Shown here one piece after another: positions 19,442 through 31,600 of a DNA stretch of 64,000 nt; positions within the stretch are counted from its first letter, which is position 1, and each line of letters opens with the position of its first letter. Location of the stretch: assembly GCA_025934435.1 (NCBI GenBank), contig JAICYB010000004.1, forward strand, positions 12,688-76,687, read 5' to 3'. A program made the translations under genes and the position numbers. Under the pieces are notes generated by a model. That model searched no databases. It saw only the letters and a list, made by a program, of their open reading frames with translations, and had not been told where the DNA came from. Source of the DNA: Actinomycetes bacterium (GTDB lineage Bacteria; Actinomycetota; JAICYB01).

Positions 19442-20183
19442 GCTCAGCGGCCGCGTCGCGATCGTCACCGGTTCGTCCCGCGGCATGGGACGAGGCACCG
19501 CCGCGCACCTGGCGAAGCTCGGGGCGAACGTCGCGGTGTGCTACGTCCGGTCGAAAGATCTTGCGGAGGAGCTGTCGGAAGAGATCCGCGGCGCCGGCGG
19601 CAACGCGCAGGCCTTCGGTGCCGATCTGACGACGGAGGACGGCGCGCAAGGACTCATCGACTCCGTAGTCGCGCACTACGGTCACCTCGACACACTCGTG
19701 TGCAACGTCGGCGGTTTCCTTCGCAAGCCCTTCGACGAAACGACGACGGACGAGTGGCGCGAGCAGTTCGCGCAGAACACCGACACGATGTTCTTCTGCA
19801 TCCGCGCGGCACTCCCGCATCTGCGCGCGTCGAAGTCCGGACGCATCGTCAACTTCGCCGCGTCGGGGGCCGATCAAGCAGCACGGCAGACGAACTTCGC
19901 CGCGTATGCCGCAGCGAAGTCGGCCGTGGTTGGCTTCTCGCGTGCCCTCGCGCGCGAACTCGCACCCGACGGCATCACCGTCAACGTGATCGCGCCGGGG
20001 ATCGTGTCGGACAACGCACCGACCCGCGACGCGGCTCGCGCGATCGGTGCCGTCAAGCACACGCCGGTCGGGCGCGTCGGTTCCTTCGAAGACGTGGCGG
20101 AAGCGGTCGCGTTCCTCGTTCGTCCGGAAGCCGACTACATCACGGGGGCGCTGCTCGAGATCGCCGGGGGCTGGCGGATCTAG
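19434..20183 (+). CDS. SDR-family oxidoreductase
   Basis: TGSSRGMG Rossmann motif; catalytic YxxxK (YAAAKSAV); 249 aa. Confidence 0.85.
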   Translation: MAELSGRVAIVTGSSRGMGRGTAAHLAKLGANVAVCYVRSKDLAEELSEEIRGAGGNAQAFGADLTTEDGAQGLIDSVVAHYGHLDTLVCNVGGFLRKPFDETTTDEWREQFAQNTDTMFFCIRAALPHLRASKSGRIVNFAASGADQAARQTNFAAYAAAKSAVVGFSRALARELAPDGITVNVIAPGIVSDNAPTRDAARAIGAVKHTPVGRVGSFEDVAEAVAFLVRPEADYITGALLEIAGGWRI

Positions 20184-20431
20184 CGCTTCAGCACGATCGC
20201 GACGATCATCCCGGCAAGGCCGAGGAACAGCGTGATGTTGAACGTCACCATCCGCTGGGAGATCCGAGCCTCCAACGCATGGAGATCGGCCCGCATCGCG
20301 AGCTGAAAGTGCTCGAGGTCCGACTTCGTCGCGATCTGGTCCGACAAGGGCATCGACTCAGCGATCATCTTCGCCGCCTCCTCGCCCACCGTGGGCTTCA
20401 AGGCTTCGTACAACTCGAGGCCTGTGGCCAT
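20180..20431 (-). CDS. small C-terminally membrane-anchored coiled-coil protein
   Basis: 83 aa from ATG 20431, with a GGAGG RBS 7 nt upstream; C-terminal TM (ITLFLGLAGMIVAIVL). The track ORF 20180..21028 is an over-extension. Confidence 0.4.
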   Translation of the reverse strand: MATGLELYEALKPTVGEEAAKMIAESMPLSDQIATKSDLEHFQLAMRADLHALEARISQRMVTFNITLFLGLAGMIVAIVLKR

Positions 20432-20507
20432 CGTAGTACCTCCGTGACGGGGGAAGTCCGGAGGGGAAGAGGCGCAGCGTAGGGCGGAGCACCGACAGTA
20501 CGCTCGC

Positions 20508-21356
20508 GTGATGAAGATCGGTTTCGTCGGGCTCGGCACGATGGGCGCGCCGATGGCGGGCAACCTCGTCGCCGCCGGGTTCGACGTCACCGTGCACAAC
20601 CGCACGCGGCAGCGCGAGGAAGGCTTCGAGAAGCGCGCTTCGTCGCCCGCCGAAGTCGCGAGCGACAAAGACCTTGTCGTCATGATGGTCTCCGACACGC
20701 CGGACGTCGAGGAGGTGCTCTTCGGCCCCCACGGAGTCGTGCACGGTGCTCCGCCCGGTGCGCTCATCGTCGACATGTCGACGATCTCCGCCGACGCGAC
20801 GAAAGACTTCGGCGCGCGGCTGGCCGAACACGACATAGCCATGATCGACGCGCCCGTCTCCGGGGGATCGGAGGGAGCCGAGAAAGGGACGCTCACCATC
20901 ATGGTCGGCGGGGACGAAGCCGACGTCGAACGCGCACGCCCCGTGCTCGACGTGCTCGGTGGGAAGGTCACGCACATCGGTCCACTCGGATCGGGGCAGC
21001 TCACGAAAGCTGTCAACCAGGTGATCATCTCCGGCTATTTCGAAGGCGTCGCCGAGGGACTCGTCCTCGCGATGAAGTCCGGGCTCGATCCGTACAAGGT
21101 CGTCGAAGCGCTGTCGGCCGGGATGGCGCGATCGGCCGTCCTCGAGATGCGCGCGAAGAACATGATCGAGCAGACGTACCCACTCGGCTTCAAGCTCGCG
21201 CTCCACCTGAAGGACCTGAAGATCGCGCTCGAATCGGGGATCGACCTCCCCGTCGCGCGGATGGTGAAGGAGACCGAAGAGCGGCTCGTCGCCGAGCATG
21301 GAGACGAGGACATGTCAGCATTGGCGATCGAAGTCAGGAGAAAGGCAGGGCTATGA
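20508..21356 (+). CDS. NAD(P)-dependent oxidoreductase, 3-hydroxyisobutyrate dehydrogenase/tartronate-semialdehyde reductase family
   Basis: IGFVGLGTMGAPMAGNL Rossmann motif; conserved catalytic Lys region (GSGQLTKAVNQ). Confidence 0.85.
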   Translation: MMKIGFVGLGTMGAPMAGNLVAAGFDVTVHNRTRQREEGFEKRASSPAEVASDKDLVVMMVSDTPDVEEVLFGPHGVVHGAPPGALIVDMSTISADATKDFGARLAEHDIAMIDAPVSGGSEGAEKGTLTIMVGGDEADVERARPVLDVLGGKVTHIGPLGSGQLTKAVNQVIISGYFEGVAEGLVLAMKSGLDPYKVVEALSAGMARSAVLEMRAKNMIEQTYPLGFKLALHLKDLKIALESGIDLPVARMVKETEERLVAEHGDEDMSALAIEVRRKAGL

Positions 21357-22387
21357 CGATCCCGACCGACGTGCGATCGATGGAGGCGGCCGCACGAGAG
21401 CTCATCTCGCCCGTCGCCTACGCCTACTACTCCGCGGGTTCGTACGCCGAGTGGAGCGTCGTCGAGAACGTGACGGCCTGGTCGCGGTGGTACGTCCGGC
21501 CGCGCATGGGAGTGAACGTCCAGTCGATCGACACGTCGACGACGATCCTCGGCACGCCGATCTCCATGCCCGTGTTCACCGCGCCCTGCGGCTTCAACCG
21601 GCTCGCGCACGACGACGGCGAGTTCGGCGTGGCGCGTGCGTGCGCGGCCGTCGGGACCGTGCAAGTGCTATCGACGGCCACCGGACTCGACCCGAAGACC
21701 GTCGCCGACGCGAGTGACGCAGCGAAATGGTTCCAGCTCTACGCGGACAACGACGCCGCCGTCACCGACGAACGCGTCGCGCGCGCGGCGGACGCCGGCT
21801 TCGAAGCCGTCGTGATCACCGTCGACACACCGACGCTCGGCGTGCGCTACCAGGGTCTCGCCGACGTGGTCGAGTTCCTCAACGAACTCGAACGGAAAGA
21901 GGTCACGAACCCCGTGCTCACGTTCTGCGACCGTCTCGACTGGACGGAACTCGAACGCATCGCGGCGAACACGACGCTCCCGGTCGTGTTGAAAGGGATC
22001 CTCCATCCCGAGGACGCCCGCCGCGCGCCCGATCACGGCGCGAGCGCGGTGATCGTGAGCAACCACGGTGGCCGACAGATGGACGGATCCGTCCCGCCGG
22101 CGCTTGCGCTTCCCGACGTCGTCGACGCCGCGGACGGACGGATCGAGGTCTACGTCGACGGCGGCGTCCGCACGGGTGTCGACGTACTGCGCGCGCTCGC
22201 ACTCGGCGCGCGTGCGTGTCTGATCGGACGACCCTACCTGTGGGCGCTCGCGATCGCCGGTGAAGATGGCGTCCGGGAGCTGCTGGAGCGGTTCAAGGCC
22301 GAGCTCGCGAACGCGATGGCGCTGTCGGGGCAGACGGATGCGAAAGCGATCGATCCGTCGATCGTCGTGAGTGCGTCGAAGTACTAA
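21353..22387 (+). CDS. FMN-dependent alpha-hydroxy-acid dehydrogenase/oxidase (glycolate oxidase / L-lactate dehydrogenase family)
   Basis: TIM-barrel FMN motifs (VSNHGGRQMDG, VYVDGGVRTGVDVLRALALGA); ATGA overlap with the upstream gene. Confidence 0.85.
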   Translation: MTIPTDVRSMEAAARELISPVAYAYYSAGSYAEWSVVENVTAWSRWYVRPRMGVNVQSIDTSTTILGTPISMPVFTAPCGFNRLAHDDGEFGVARACAAVGTVQVLSTATGLDPKTVADASDAAKWFQLYADNDAAVTDERVARAADAGFEAVVITVDTPTLGVRYQGLADVVEFLNELERKEVTNPVLTFCDRLDWTELERIAANTTLPVVLKGILHPEDARRAPDHGASAVIVSNHGGRQMDGSVPPALALPDVVDAADGRIEVYVDGGVRTGVDVLRALALGARACLIGRPYLWALAIAGEDGVRELLERFKAELANAMALSGQTDAKAIDPSIVVSASKY

Positions 22388-22616
22388 GACCTAAGCGGCC
22401 GTCCGTTGCATATGCGCTGGGTTACGCCCCGTAATCACCCGAAGGGATGACGAGGGTCGACCGCTCGTAGGCGTGCGACGGTCAACGCAGTGATGTAGAT
22501 TCTCCGAGCCACGGTTGGGGGACTGTGGTGCGGGGACCGATCGACGCGCGGGGGCAGCCTCGTGTCGCGCGATCCATGGGTGAACCTGGGCGGGGGCCCA
22601 GCTTGGGGAGGCGGGG

Positions 22617-25600
22617 ATGCGACCCTTCTTTCAGCGGCGCTTGTTCCGTCGTGTGTCGTTCCGTTCGAGGTCGGCGGCTAGTAAGCGATCGTCCCGGAAA
22701 CGCGAGCGCGTGCGTCTTTCAGCCGCCGCGCTGATCACGCTGTGTGCGCTTCTGGCAACGAGCGTCCAACCGGCGAACGCTTCGGTATCGCGCCCGAAGG
22801 CGCAGAAACCTCTCAAGAAGGTCGAGATTCTTCACTCGAGGCACCCACGCGCGATTCGGCCGAGGGTGTCGGGCGTGGCGCCGGTCACGTTCCATTCGGG
22901 CGATCGGAAGCGTCAGAAGCACCGTGCCGTGCGAGAACTGCGCTCGGACCGAACCGCGCTGTTGCGCGCCTTCGCCAACGACGACGGCACCATCACCATC
23001 CAGAACTATCTGACGCCGATCTTCCACAAGACGCACCGGGGCTGGGTGCCGATCCACAACGACATCGTGCGCCGTGGTCACCTGCTCGAAACGACAGGGA
23101 ACGCGTGGCGGACTGCGTTTGATGCGACGAAGTCCGGCATGAAGCTCAGCGCGCCGGAAGGAACGGTTCGCATCGTTCCCGTCGGGCCGAGGGGCAACGC
23201 CCGGCCGGATGTCATCAGCTCGCCGAACCGTCTGCGCTTCAGGAGTGCCCGCGGAACCTTGGCGCACACGGCGATCCCGCCTGCCGGCCTCGTCGGCTAC
23301 AGGGGGGTTTGGCGCGACGTCGACCTCCGCTACGAGGTCAGCGGGAACGGCTTGAAGGAGAACATCCAAGTCCGTTCGAGTAAGGCGCCCGCGGCATACG
23401 CCTTCGACGTCCTCGGCGCCATCTTGAAAGCAGACAAGCGTGGGGGCCTCGCTCTCGCCGGGCCACTCGGTCGGCGGTTCTACATACCTGCGTTGATGGT
23501 TCGGGGTGCGGACGGATCGCTGCTTACGTCGCCGTCGCGTGCGCGCTACGGGCTCACCGCTCTTCCTCACGGCAAAGGCACACGCGTTACGGTCACTCTC
23601 GATCAGTGGTGGCTGCGCTCACTTCCGAACAAGGCCTTCCCGCTCGACGTCGATCCGACCTTCGGCGACTGCCGTGGCACGGTCGGCGAATGCCCTGATA
23701 CGAACGCCATCACCCTCGGTAGCAACGGGTTCTCGAGCTCGAATACGACGGTGGACGTCGGACGCGACAGCTCCGGGAACATCTTTCGCGCGGCCATGTA
23801 CTTCCAGGACTACGAAACCTGGCTGAAGCAGGACTACCGCGTCTACGACTCACAGCTCGCGTTGAACGTCAGCCCGGGCGTCGGCACGCTCACCGTCGCC
23901 GATCAAGGATCGAACGATCCGACGTCACCGACATGGACCTACACGCAGCTTTCCAACGCGGGCGTTCCCATCGTCGGGACGTGGGATTCGACCATCCCCG
24001 GCAGCTCGACGGTGTTCGACGCGACCAATACCGTCGACCAGTGGTACGCCGGAAACCTGACCAAGCGCTGGTTCGGTATCACCGGGACGGAGACGGGGAG
24101 CTCGAACACCGAAGATTCGATGAACGGCTTCCTCACACTCGACGTGTACTTCCAACCGGCGGCGTCTCGGGTCACGAACCTTACGGCCAACCAGATCCTG
24201 TCGACGACGACACCGTCGCTTCAGGCCTTCGCCATACAGCCTGCGCCAAACACCGAATTCGCCAATGGCGGTTACGAGCCGATCTACGACTACGAGATCA
24301 CCACGTCGCCGGTCCCGGGCAAGAGCATCGTGGCGTCGTCGGGCGACCTCGGGTGTTCGAACAGCGATCCCGGGGTCTGGTCGTGTTCGCAGGACACCGA
24401 CGGCGGCGGACCGATCCCGACGTGGAACGTGCCGCCCGGCGCGCTGCAGGACGGCGTCACCTATTACGCCTGGGTCCTGACTGACTGGTCGAACAGGCCG
24501 TATGCGCTGTTCCACGACGGCGCGCCGGAAACCACGCCGCCCGCGTCGTGGGGCGTTCCCTTCAAGGTCGATCTCGGTCTCGGCAACGGCGGCAACTTCC
24601 CGACGGATGCCGTCGGCGCCGTTCCCGGAAGCGCGCAGACGCCCTCGGAGGGAGCACCGAACCCCGCGCTGCCGCCGTCGAAGGTCACGGTGAACCTCGT
24701 CGACGGCAACGCTGCCATCGCAGTCGACAACCCCAAGCTCGAGACCGTTTCCGGCGGAGCGCAGCTTCGCTTCACCTACAACTCGCTGGCGACGGCGCAG
24801 GAAGGCGTGCGCGGTCTGCAGGGCGACTACTACAACGACACCAACGGCAACGGCACGCTCGATCCGGGCACCGACGCCCTCGTGGCCGAGCGCACCGATC
24901 CGTCGGTGTGGTTCAACACGGGCTTCCCCGTGCAAGGCATCGTCGACGCGCAAAGCCCGGCGAAGGCCTTGGCCGAGTGGACCGGGTTTCTCACGCTGCC
25001 GAACTCGGATTCGTGGGAGATCGGCGACATCTCCTCCGACGGCGTGACGGCCACCGTGAACGGCGTCAGCCGGTTGAGCGACTTCGGCCCGCACGCCGCA
25101 CAGCCCAAGCCGACGTTCGGAACGAGCTTCGCGGCCACGCCGCAGATGCCCATCAAGATCGATTGGCACCACTCGAGCGGTCGTCCGTCGGTCATCGCCA
25201 TGTACGCCAAGGACATGGCCACCTGCGACGCGAACGGCAACAACTGCAAGGTCTACGCGCTCGACCCTTCTTGGCTCACGAGGGCACCGAAGACGCTTCC
25301 GGCCGGGTGGGCCTTCAACTCGACGGCCGCAACCGCGCAGTGGACGCGGCTTGTCGATCACGGCGACCTCGTCACCTTGTATGCCGACGACGGGACAGGC
25401 CATGTATTCACCCGCGCATCGGGTGGTCGCTACGTCGCGCCTCCAGAGACACCCCAAGACCTGCTGACGAACGTCGGGAACGGACAGTTCAACCTCGTGT
25501 CAGGCGGATACACCTACACCTTCGGTCCGACGGGCGACGCGATCTCCATCGTCACGACCAGCGACGATCTCCACCCGGCGGCCCCCCAGCACTCGTTCAC

Positions 25601-28600
25601 GGGCACGCCGCCGCTCCTACACACGATCACCGATCCGGTGCGATGCGCCGGCGCCGTCCCCTGCCCGTCGTCGAGCCAGGTGTCGCTCAACTACGGCGGC
25701 GATGCCGGCGCACCGGCGGAGTGCAACGGTGCGCCGAGCGGGATGCTCTGCTACATCTCGTACTTCGACGCCTCGGCCACGATCATCACCTACGACAGCT
25801 TCGGCAACCTCAGCCGCATCATCGAGCCGGGCAACGTCGTGTACGACTTCGCTTACGACTCGCTCGGGCGAGTGACGGATGTGCGCGACCCGTTGGCCTA
25901 CAACGCCATCCAGGCTGGTGTACGCGTGGACGATGCCACGGCCAAGACGCATATCACCTACGACTCGTCGTCGGCGACGGGGCGCGTGCAAACGATCACG
26001 CAGCCGGCGCCTGCCGCCGGCGGTGCGCGTCCCGAGCGTTTGTACTGTTACGGATCGGCCAAGGCGTACTCGGCCGGCGCGCCGTCGTGCAACACGGCGC
26101 AGGCGAACACGACATCGGTCGGCGTGTACGGCTTCAACCCGACCGTGGGCTACGCGTATCAAGAGCAGTACGACTCGCGGAACCGCAAGGTCGCTTCCTT
26201 CGACTCAGCCGGCCTGAAGACGAGCTACACGTGGGACGACAAGGACCGCCAGGTGACGACGGTCGATCCTGCCGGCCTCGAAACCTCGACCATCTACGAC
26301 GCGCTCGGTCACGCCGTGACGAACTACGGACCGGCGGCGAAGGCGTTGTTCAACGCCGACGGCACGCTTATCACACCGGGCAGCGCGCCGACGACGCAGA
26401 AAACCTACGACGGCGGCATCACGGGTCTCGCGGCGTCGTGGTATCCGACGACCGATCTCAGCGGATCAGCCGCCTACCACACGACGTCGAACCTGGCGGA
26501 CACGTGGTCGGGGGCGTGCAACTCGCCGTCGGCATGCAACGGCGGCGGCACGGTCATCCCAGCCTCCGGATTCTCGGGCGATCTCAGCGGGAAAGTGACG
26601 CTTCCTTCACCGGGCCGGATCAGCTTCGACGGCGACGGCGGCCGCGTGCTCGTCGACGGACATCTCGTTGTGGATCAGAAGGACGGACCTCTATCGGCGG
26701 CCGTGCGTGCCGATCATCCGCTCGACTTCTGGCGCCTGGCCGACGCGACGGGATCGACGCTCGCCGCCGACTCGAGCGGCGCCCTCGCCGGCACCTACAG
26801 TCCGTCCGGTACGACGCGAGGGGTTGGCGGGCCGGCAAGCGGCGACAACGCGACGGCCGCGACATTCGACGGAACGGCCGGCAACATCACCATCCCAGAC
26901 GATCCGACCCTTCGCTTCGACCGTCTCCAGCCGTTCTCCGTCGAGGCGTGGATCAAGACGTCGAGCGCCACGACGCAAGTCATCGCGTCCAAGCTTCCCA
27001 ACGCCGGCAGCGGCTGGGAGCTCGATGTGTCGAGCGGGAAGCTGCTGTTCCTGCTGACGAACTCCTATCCGTCCAACACCATCCAGCGCTCGGGATCCGT
27101 AACTCTCACCGACGGCAACTGGCATCACGTCGCGGTGACCTACGACGGATCATCGACGGCCGCCGGCGTGACGTTCTACGAGGACGGCGTAGCCGATCCG
27201 GCGCCGGTGACGAACGTCGACACCCTGACCTCGGACCCGCGGGGAACGTCGGGACTCAACATCGGGTCACGTCCGGCCGACGGCTTCTTCTTCAACGGGA
27301 CCATCGCCGACGTCGCCGTCTACAACCAGCAGGTGAGCGCCGCCCGCATCGCCGCGCACAAAGCCGCCGCCGCCTTACTGTCGAGCGCGGCGGCGAGCCC
27401 GATCATCTACAACTCGCCCTACCCCACCGCTGTGGACGCGAATTCACCGACGTCGTTCTGGCGTCTCGGCGAAGCATCGGGAACCACCGCGACAGATTCC
27501 AACGGTTCGAGCAACGGCATGTACACGGGGTCGGTGACCTTGAACCAGCCCGGACCGATACCTGGAGACCCGTCGACGTCGGCGATCTTCGGCGGCGGCA
27601 CCGGAACGGTGAGCGTTCCAGATTCGCCGGCGCTGCGTGTCAACCAGTCGCAGCCGTTCAGCGTCGAAGCGTGGGTGAAGACCACCACGTCGAGCCAGAT
27701 GGCCATCGCTTCGAAAATGCCGGGCACGGGCTCATTGCAGGGTTGGGAGTTCGGGCTCGCGTCGGGCAAGCCGTATCTCACGGTGATCAATACGGTCGCT
27801 ACGAACTGGATCGATGTCGCCGCTTCGACGAGCGTCGTGGACGGCCGCTGGCATCATCTGGTCGGAACCTACGACGGCAGCTCGAGAGCATCGGGCGTGC
27901 ATCTGTACATCGACGGCCACATCGACGGCGGTCCCGGCCTCATCTTCGGCGATTCGCTTTCGGCATCGTCGGCATCGTCGGTGCCGCTGTACATCGGTTC
28001 GCGGGCAGCGAACAGCCTGTGGTTCTTCGGGAACCTGGCCAACGTCGCCATGTATCCGAATGCGCTCGGCGCCGACGACGTCGCGCGTCATGCTGTAGCC
28101 GGTCAAGGTCCCGTGCCGCTCACCGTGCAGCAGGACGGCGCCGCCTCGTATTGGCGGCTTGGCGAGTCGCTCCCGCAGGTCAAGGCGCTCGATATGACGG
28201 GCGCCAACAACGCTACGTACAGCCCCCTCGGGTGCGGACAGACAACGGGCGGGTTGAACGGCGATGCGAACGGTGCCACCACCTTCGACGGCACGAACTG
28301 CAACGTAAGCGTCGGGGAGATGCCGAGCCTTCGGGTCGGGCGTACGCAGGCGGCGAGCATCGAGGCATGGGTCAAGACGACGGCGGCGGTAACGCAAGTG
28401 ATCGCAGCCAAGATGGCCAACACGTCTCCGTTCACCGGCTGGGACTTCGTGATGAATCCCAGTGGTCAGCTCTACTTCCAGCTCATCTCGAGCTGGACGG
28501 CAAGCGCCATCGAGGTCGACGGGACGAAGGTGCTGAAGGACGGTGCATGGCACCACGTCGCTGCGACCTATGACGGCAGCGGAGTCGCTGCCGGCGTCAA

Positions 28601-31600
28601 GCTCTATGCCGACGGTGTCGCCGATACGGTGACCATCTCGCACGACACGCTCGGCACGACGAACCCGACGAATTCCTCGAACCCGTTCACCATCGGGTCG
28701 CGCGCGACGGGTCTGAACTTCAACGGATCGATGTCCGACGTCGCCTTCTACGACCGCGCACTGTCGAGCGACCAGGTGGCGAACCACCGCAATGCCGGCA
28801 TCACCGCGCCACCGGCTCCGGTCACCGATCACCGCATCGACGTGCAGGACCAGCAGTTCGTCGCCGGCGGTCACCTCACGGTCACGTCGGCGGCAGCGAC
28901 GTTCGGTCCGAACTACGGGCTGCTCACCCAGACCACCGACCCCGACGGCAAGATCACGCAGACGCAGTACGCCGACGCGGTGAACGGCATCGACCCGAAG
29001 TTCGGCCTGCCCACGGCGACCATCCAGGACCCGAGCACGCTGAATCTCAAGACGTCGACCGCCTACGAGCCGCCGGGCGCGACGAGCTTCCTGCGGCGTG
29101 TATCGAAGACGCTTCCTGCCGGCAACCAGACGACGTATGCGAACTACGCGGGAAACGATCCGCCCATCGCCAACGTGTGCGGGGTCACGGCGTCCACGCT
29201 GCAAGCCGGGCTTCCCAAACAAGAGACCGATCCCGTTCCGGCCGTCGGTTCGGCGCGCGTCGAGCAGTACGTCTACGACTCGCTCGGCCGCGAGGCCGGA
29301 CACCGCATCGGCACGACAGCCACCATCTCGTCGGTCGGCTGGGACTGCACGACCTACGACGCCGCGGGTCGCATGGTGACGCAGTCGTGGCCGGCCTTCG
29401 GATCGCAGCCGTCACGCACCGCCACGTACACATACGGCGTCGGCTCCCCGACGCCGAATCCGCTCGTCAACTCGGTGACCGATACGACGTGGCCGGCGCA
29501 GTCCATCTCGACGACCGTCGACCTGCTCGGCCGGACCGTGAGCTACAGCGACATCTGGGGACAGACGACGACGACGACCTTCGACCAAGCGGGCCGGGTC
29601 ACCGACACCGCCGGACCAGTCGGGGCGCGCCACACCGACTACGACGGCGCCGGACGAGTCTCAGATCAGATGCTCGGCGCTCAGAAGGTCGCTGTGCCCG
29701 GCTACGACGCGCCGACCGGACGGATGACGAGCGTGTCCTACCCGACGGGGACCGGCAACGGCGGCAACGGCAGCAACCTCGCCATCGGATACGACGCCAA
29801 CGGCCGCCAGAATTCCTTGAGCGCCACGGGGCCGGGTTCAGCCCTCATCACCTCAGACAGCGACGTCTTCAGCGCTGGCGCGCGGGTGAGCTCGGAGACC
29901 ATCGACGGCAACTCCGGCAGTCCTTCTTCCTTCGGCTACGACGGCGCCGGCCGGCTCACGACGGCCACCGTCCCCGGCCACACCCTCACCTACAACTACG
30001 CCGCCACCGGCGGATGCGGTCCTGAAGCGGCGGCGGGAAACAACACGAACCGCACGAGCGTGGTCGACGGCGCGACGACCACGACGTACTGCTACGACAA
30101 CGCGGACCGTCTCACTTCGACCTCCGACGCCCGCTACACGACGCCGACCTACGACGATCATGGCAACACGTCTTCGATCGGCGACGAGACCATCACCTAC
30201 GACGCCGCCGACCGCCACCTGGCCACGACGACGACCGGCGGTGCCTTGCCGACCACGGTCAATTACCTCCGCGATCCCCTCGACCGCATCGCCGAGCGCG
30301 ACGCCACCGTGATCCCGCCGCTCGGCCGCCGCACGCCTGGGACCATCGCCACGACATCGACCACGGTGACGAGCATCGCTGTCCCGAAACCGGCAGGAAC
30401 CGTTTCCGGCGACTTCCTGCTCGCCGACATCTCCGAACGCGGGACGCCGACCATCACCCCGCCGTCGGGATGGACACTGCTCAACTCGACGGCGAGCGGC
30501 ACGACGGTGACCGATGCCGTCTACTACAAGGTCGCGGGATCGAGCGAGCCGGCGTCGTACACCTTCTCGTTTTCGACAGCTACCTCGGCCACCGGAGCGA
30601 TCATGGGCTACGTGGGCGTCGATACCACGAACCCCATCGACACTTCGGGTGTCGTGACGGACACCAACGTGACCTCGCACACCGCTCCCGCCGTGACCAC
30701 GACGAGCCCTGACGACATGCTGCTCGTCATCTTGGCCTCCGACGGCAACAGCACCGTCACCAAGGACGCGCAGACCACGCAGCAGTGGTTCCTCAAGAGC
30801 GCCGCGGCCAGCAACAACGTGGAGTCCGACGGCGCCGACCAGGTCGTCACCAAGACCGGCTCGACAGGTACGCGCAGCGTCACCACGGCCACGGCGCAGA
30901 GCTCGGTCGTGCGCTCCATCGCCTTGAAGTCGCGCCCGGTGGCGCCCATCGCCTTCCGCGACGTTGCCACGGCCACCACCGGAGCCTCGATCCTCACACC
31001 GCTCGTCGTGCCGAGACCGGCCAAGGCCCTGCCGGGCGATCTGCTCGTTGCCGACGTCTCCCTTGTCGGCGCACCGACCATCACCACGCCGCCGGGATGG
31101 ACGGCGTTGCCGCCCCAGGTCATCGCGGGCCTGCTCACCGACGAGATCTTCTACAAGGTGGCGACCTCCTCCGAGCCGACCTCGTACTCCTTCGCCTTCT
31201 CGGCGGCCACCTCGGCCACCGGCGCCATCACCGCCTACTCGGGCGTCGATCCGCTCAACCCCATCGACGTCTCAGCCGTGGCCACCGACGGCTCGACGAC
31301 GACGACGCACACGGCGCCGAGCGTCACGACGACCTCGCCCGCCGACACCGCGCTGTTCATCCTCGACGCAGCCGGTAACAGTGCCGTCACCCCGGACGCG
31401 CAGACGACGCAGCGCTGGAACCTGGCGACGACGGCAGCCACCAACGTGCAGAGCAACGGCGCCGACCAGCTGATCGCGGCCGCCGGCGCAACGGGCACAC
31501 GAACGATCAAGACGGCGACCGCGGCGCGCGGGATCATGCGCTCCATCGCCCTTCGGCCGCAGGCCGTGAGCCGCACACGCTACGGCTACGAGGGCCACGA

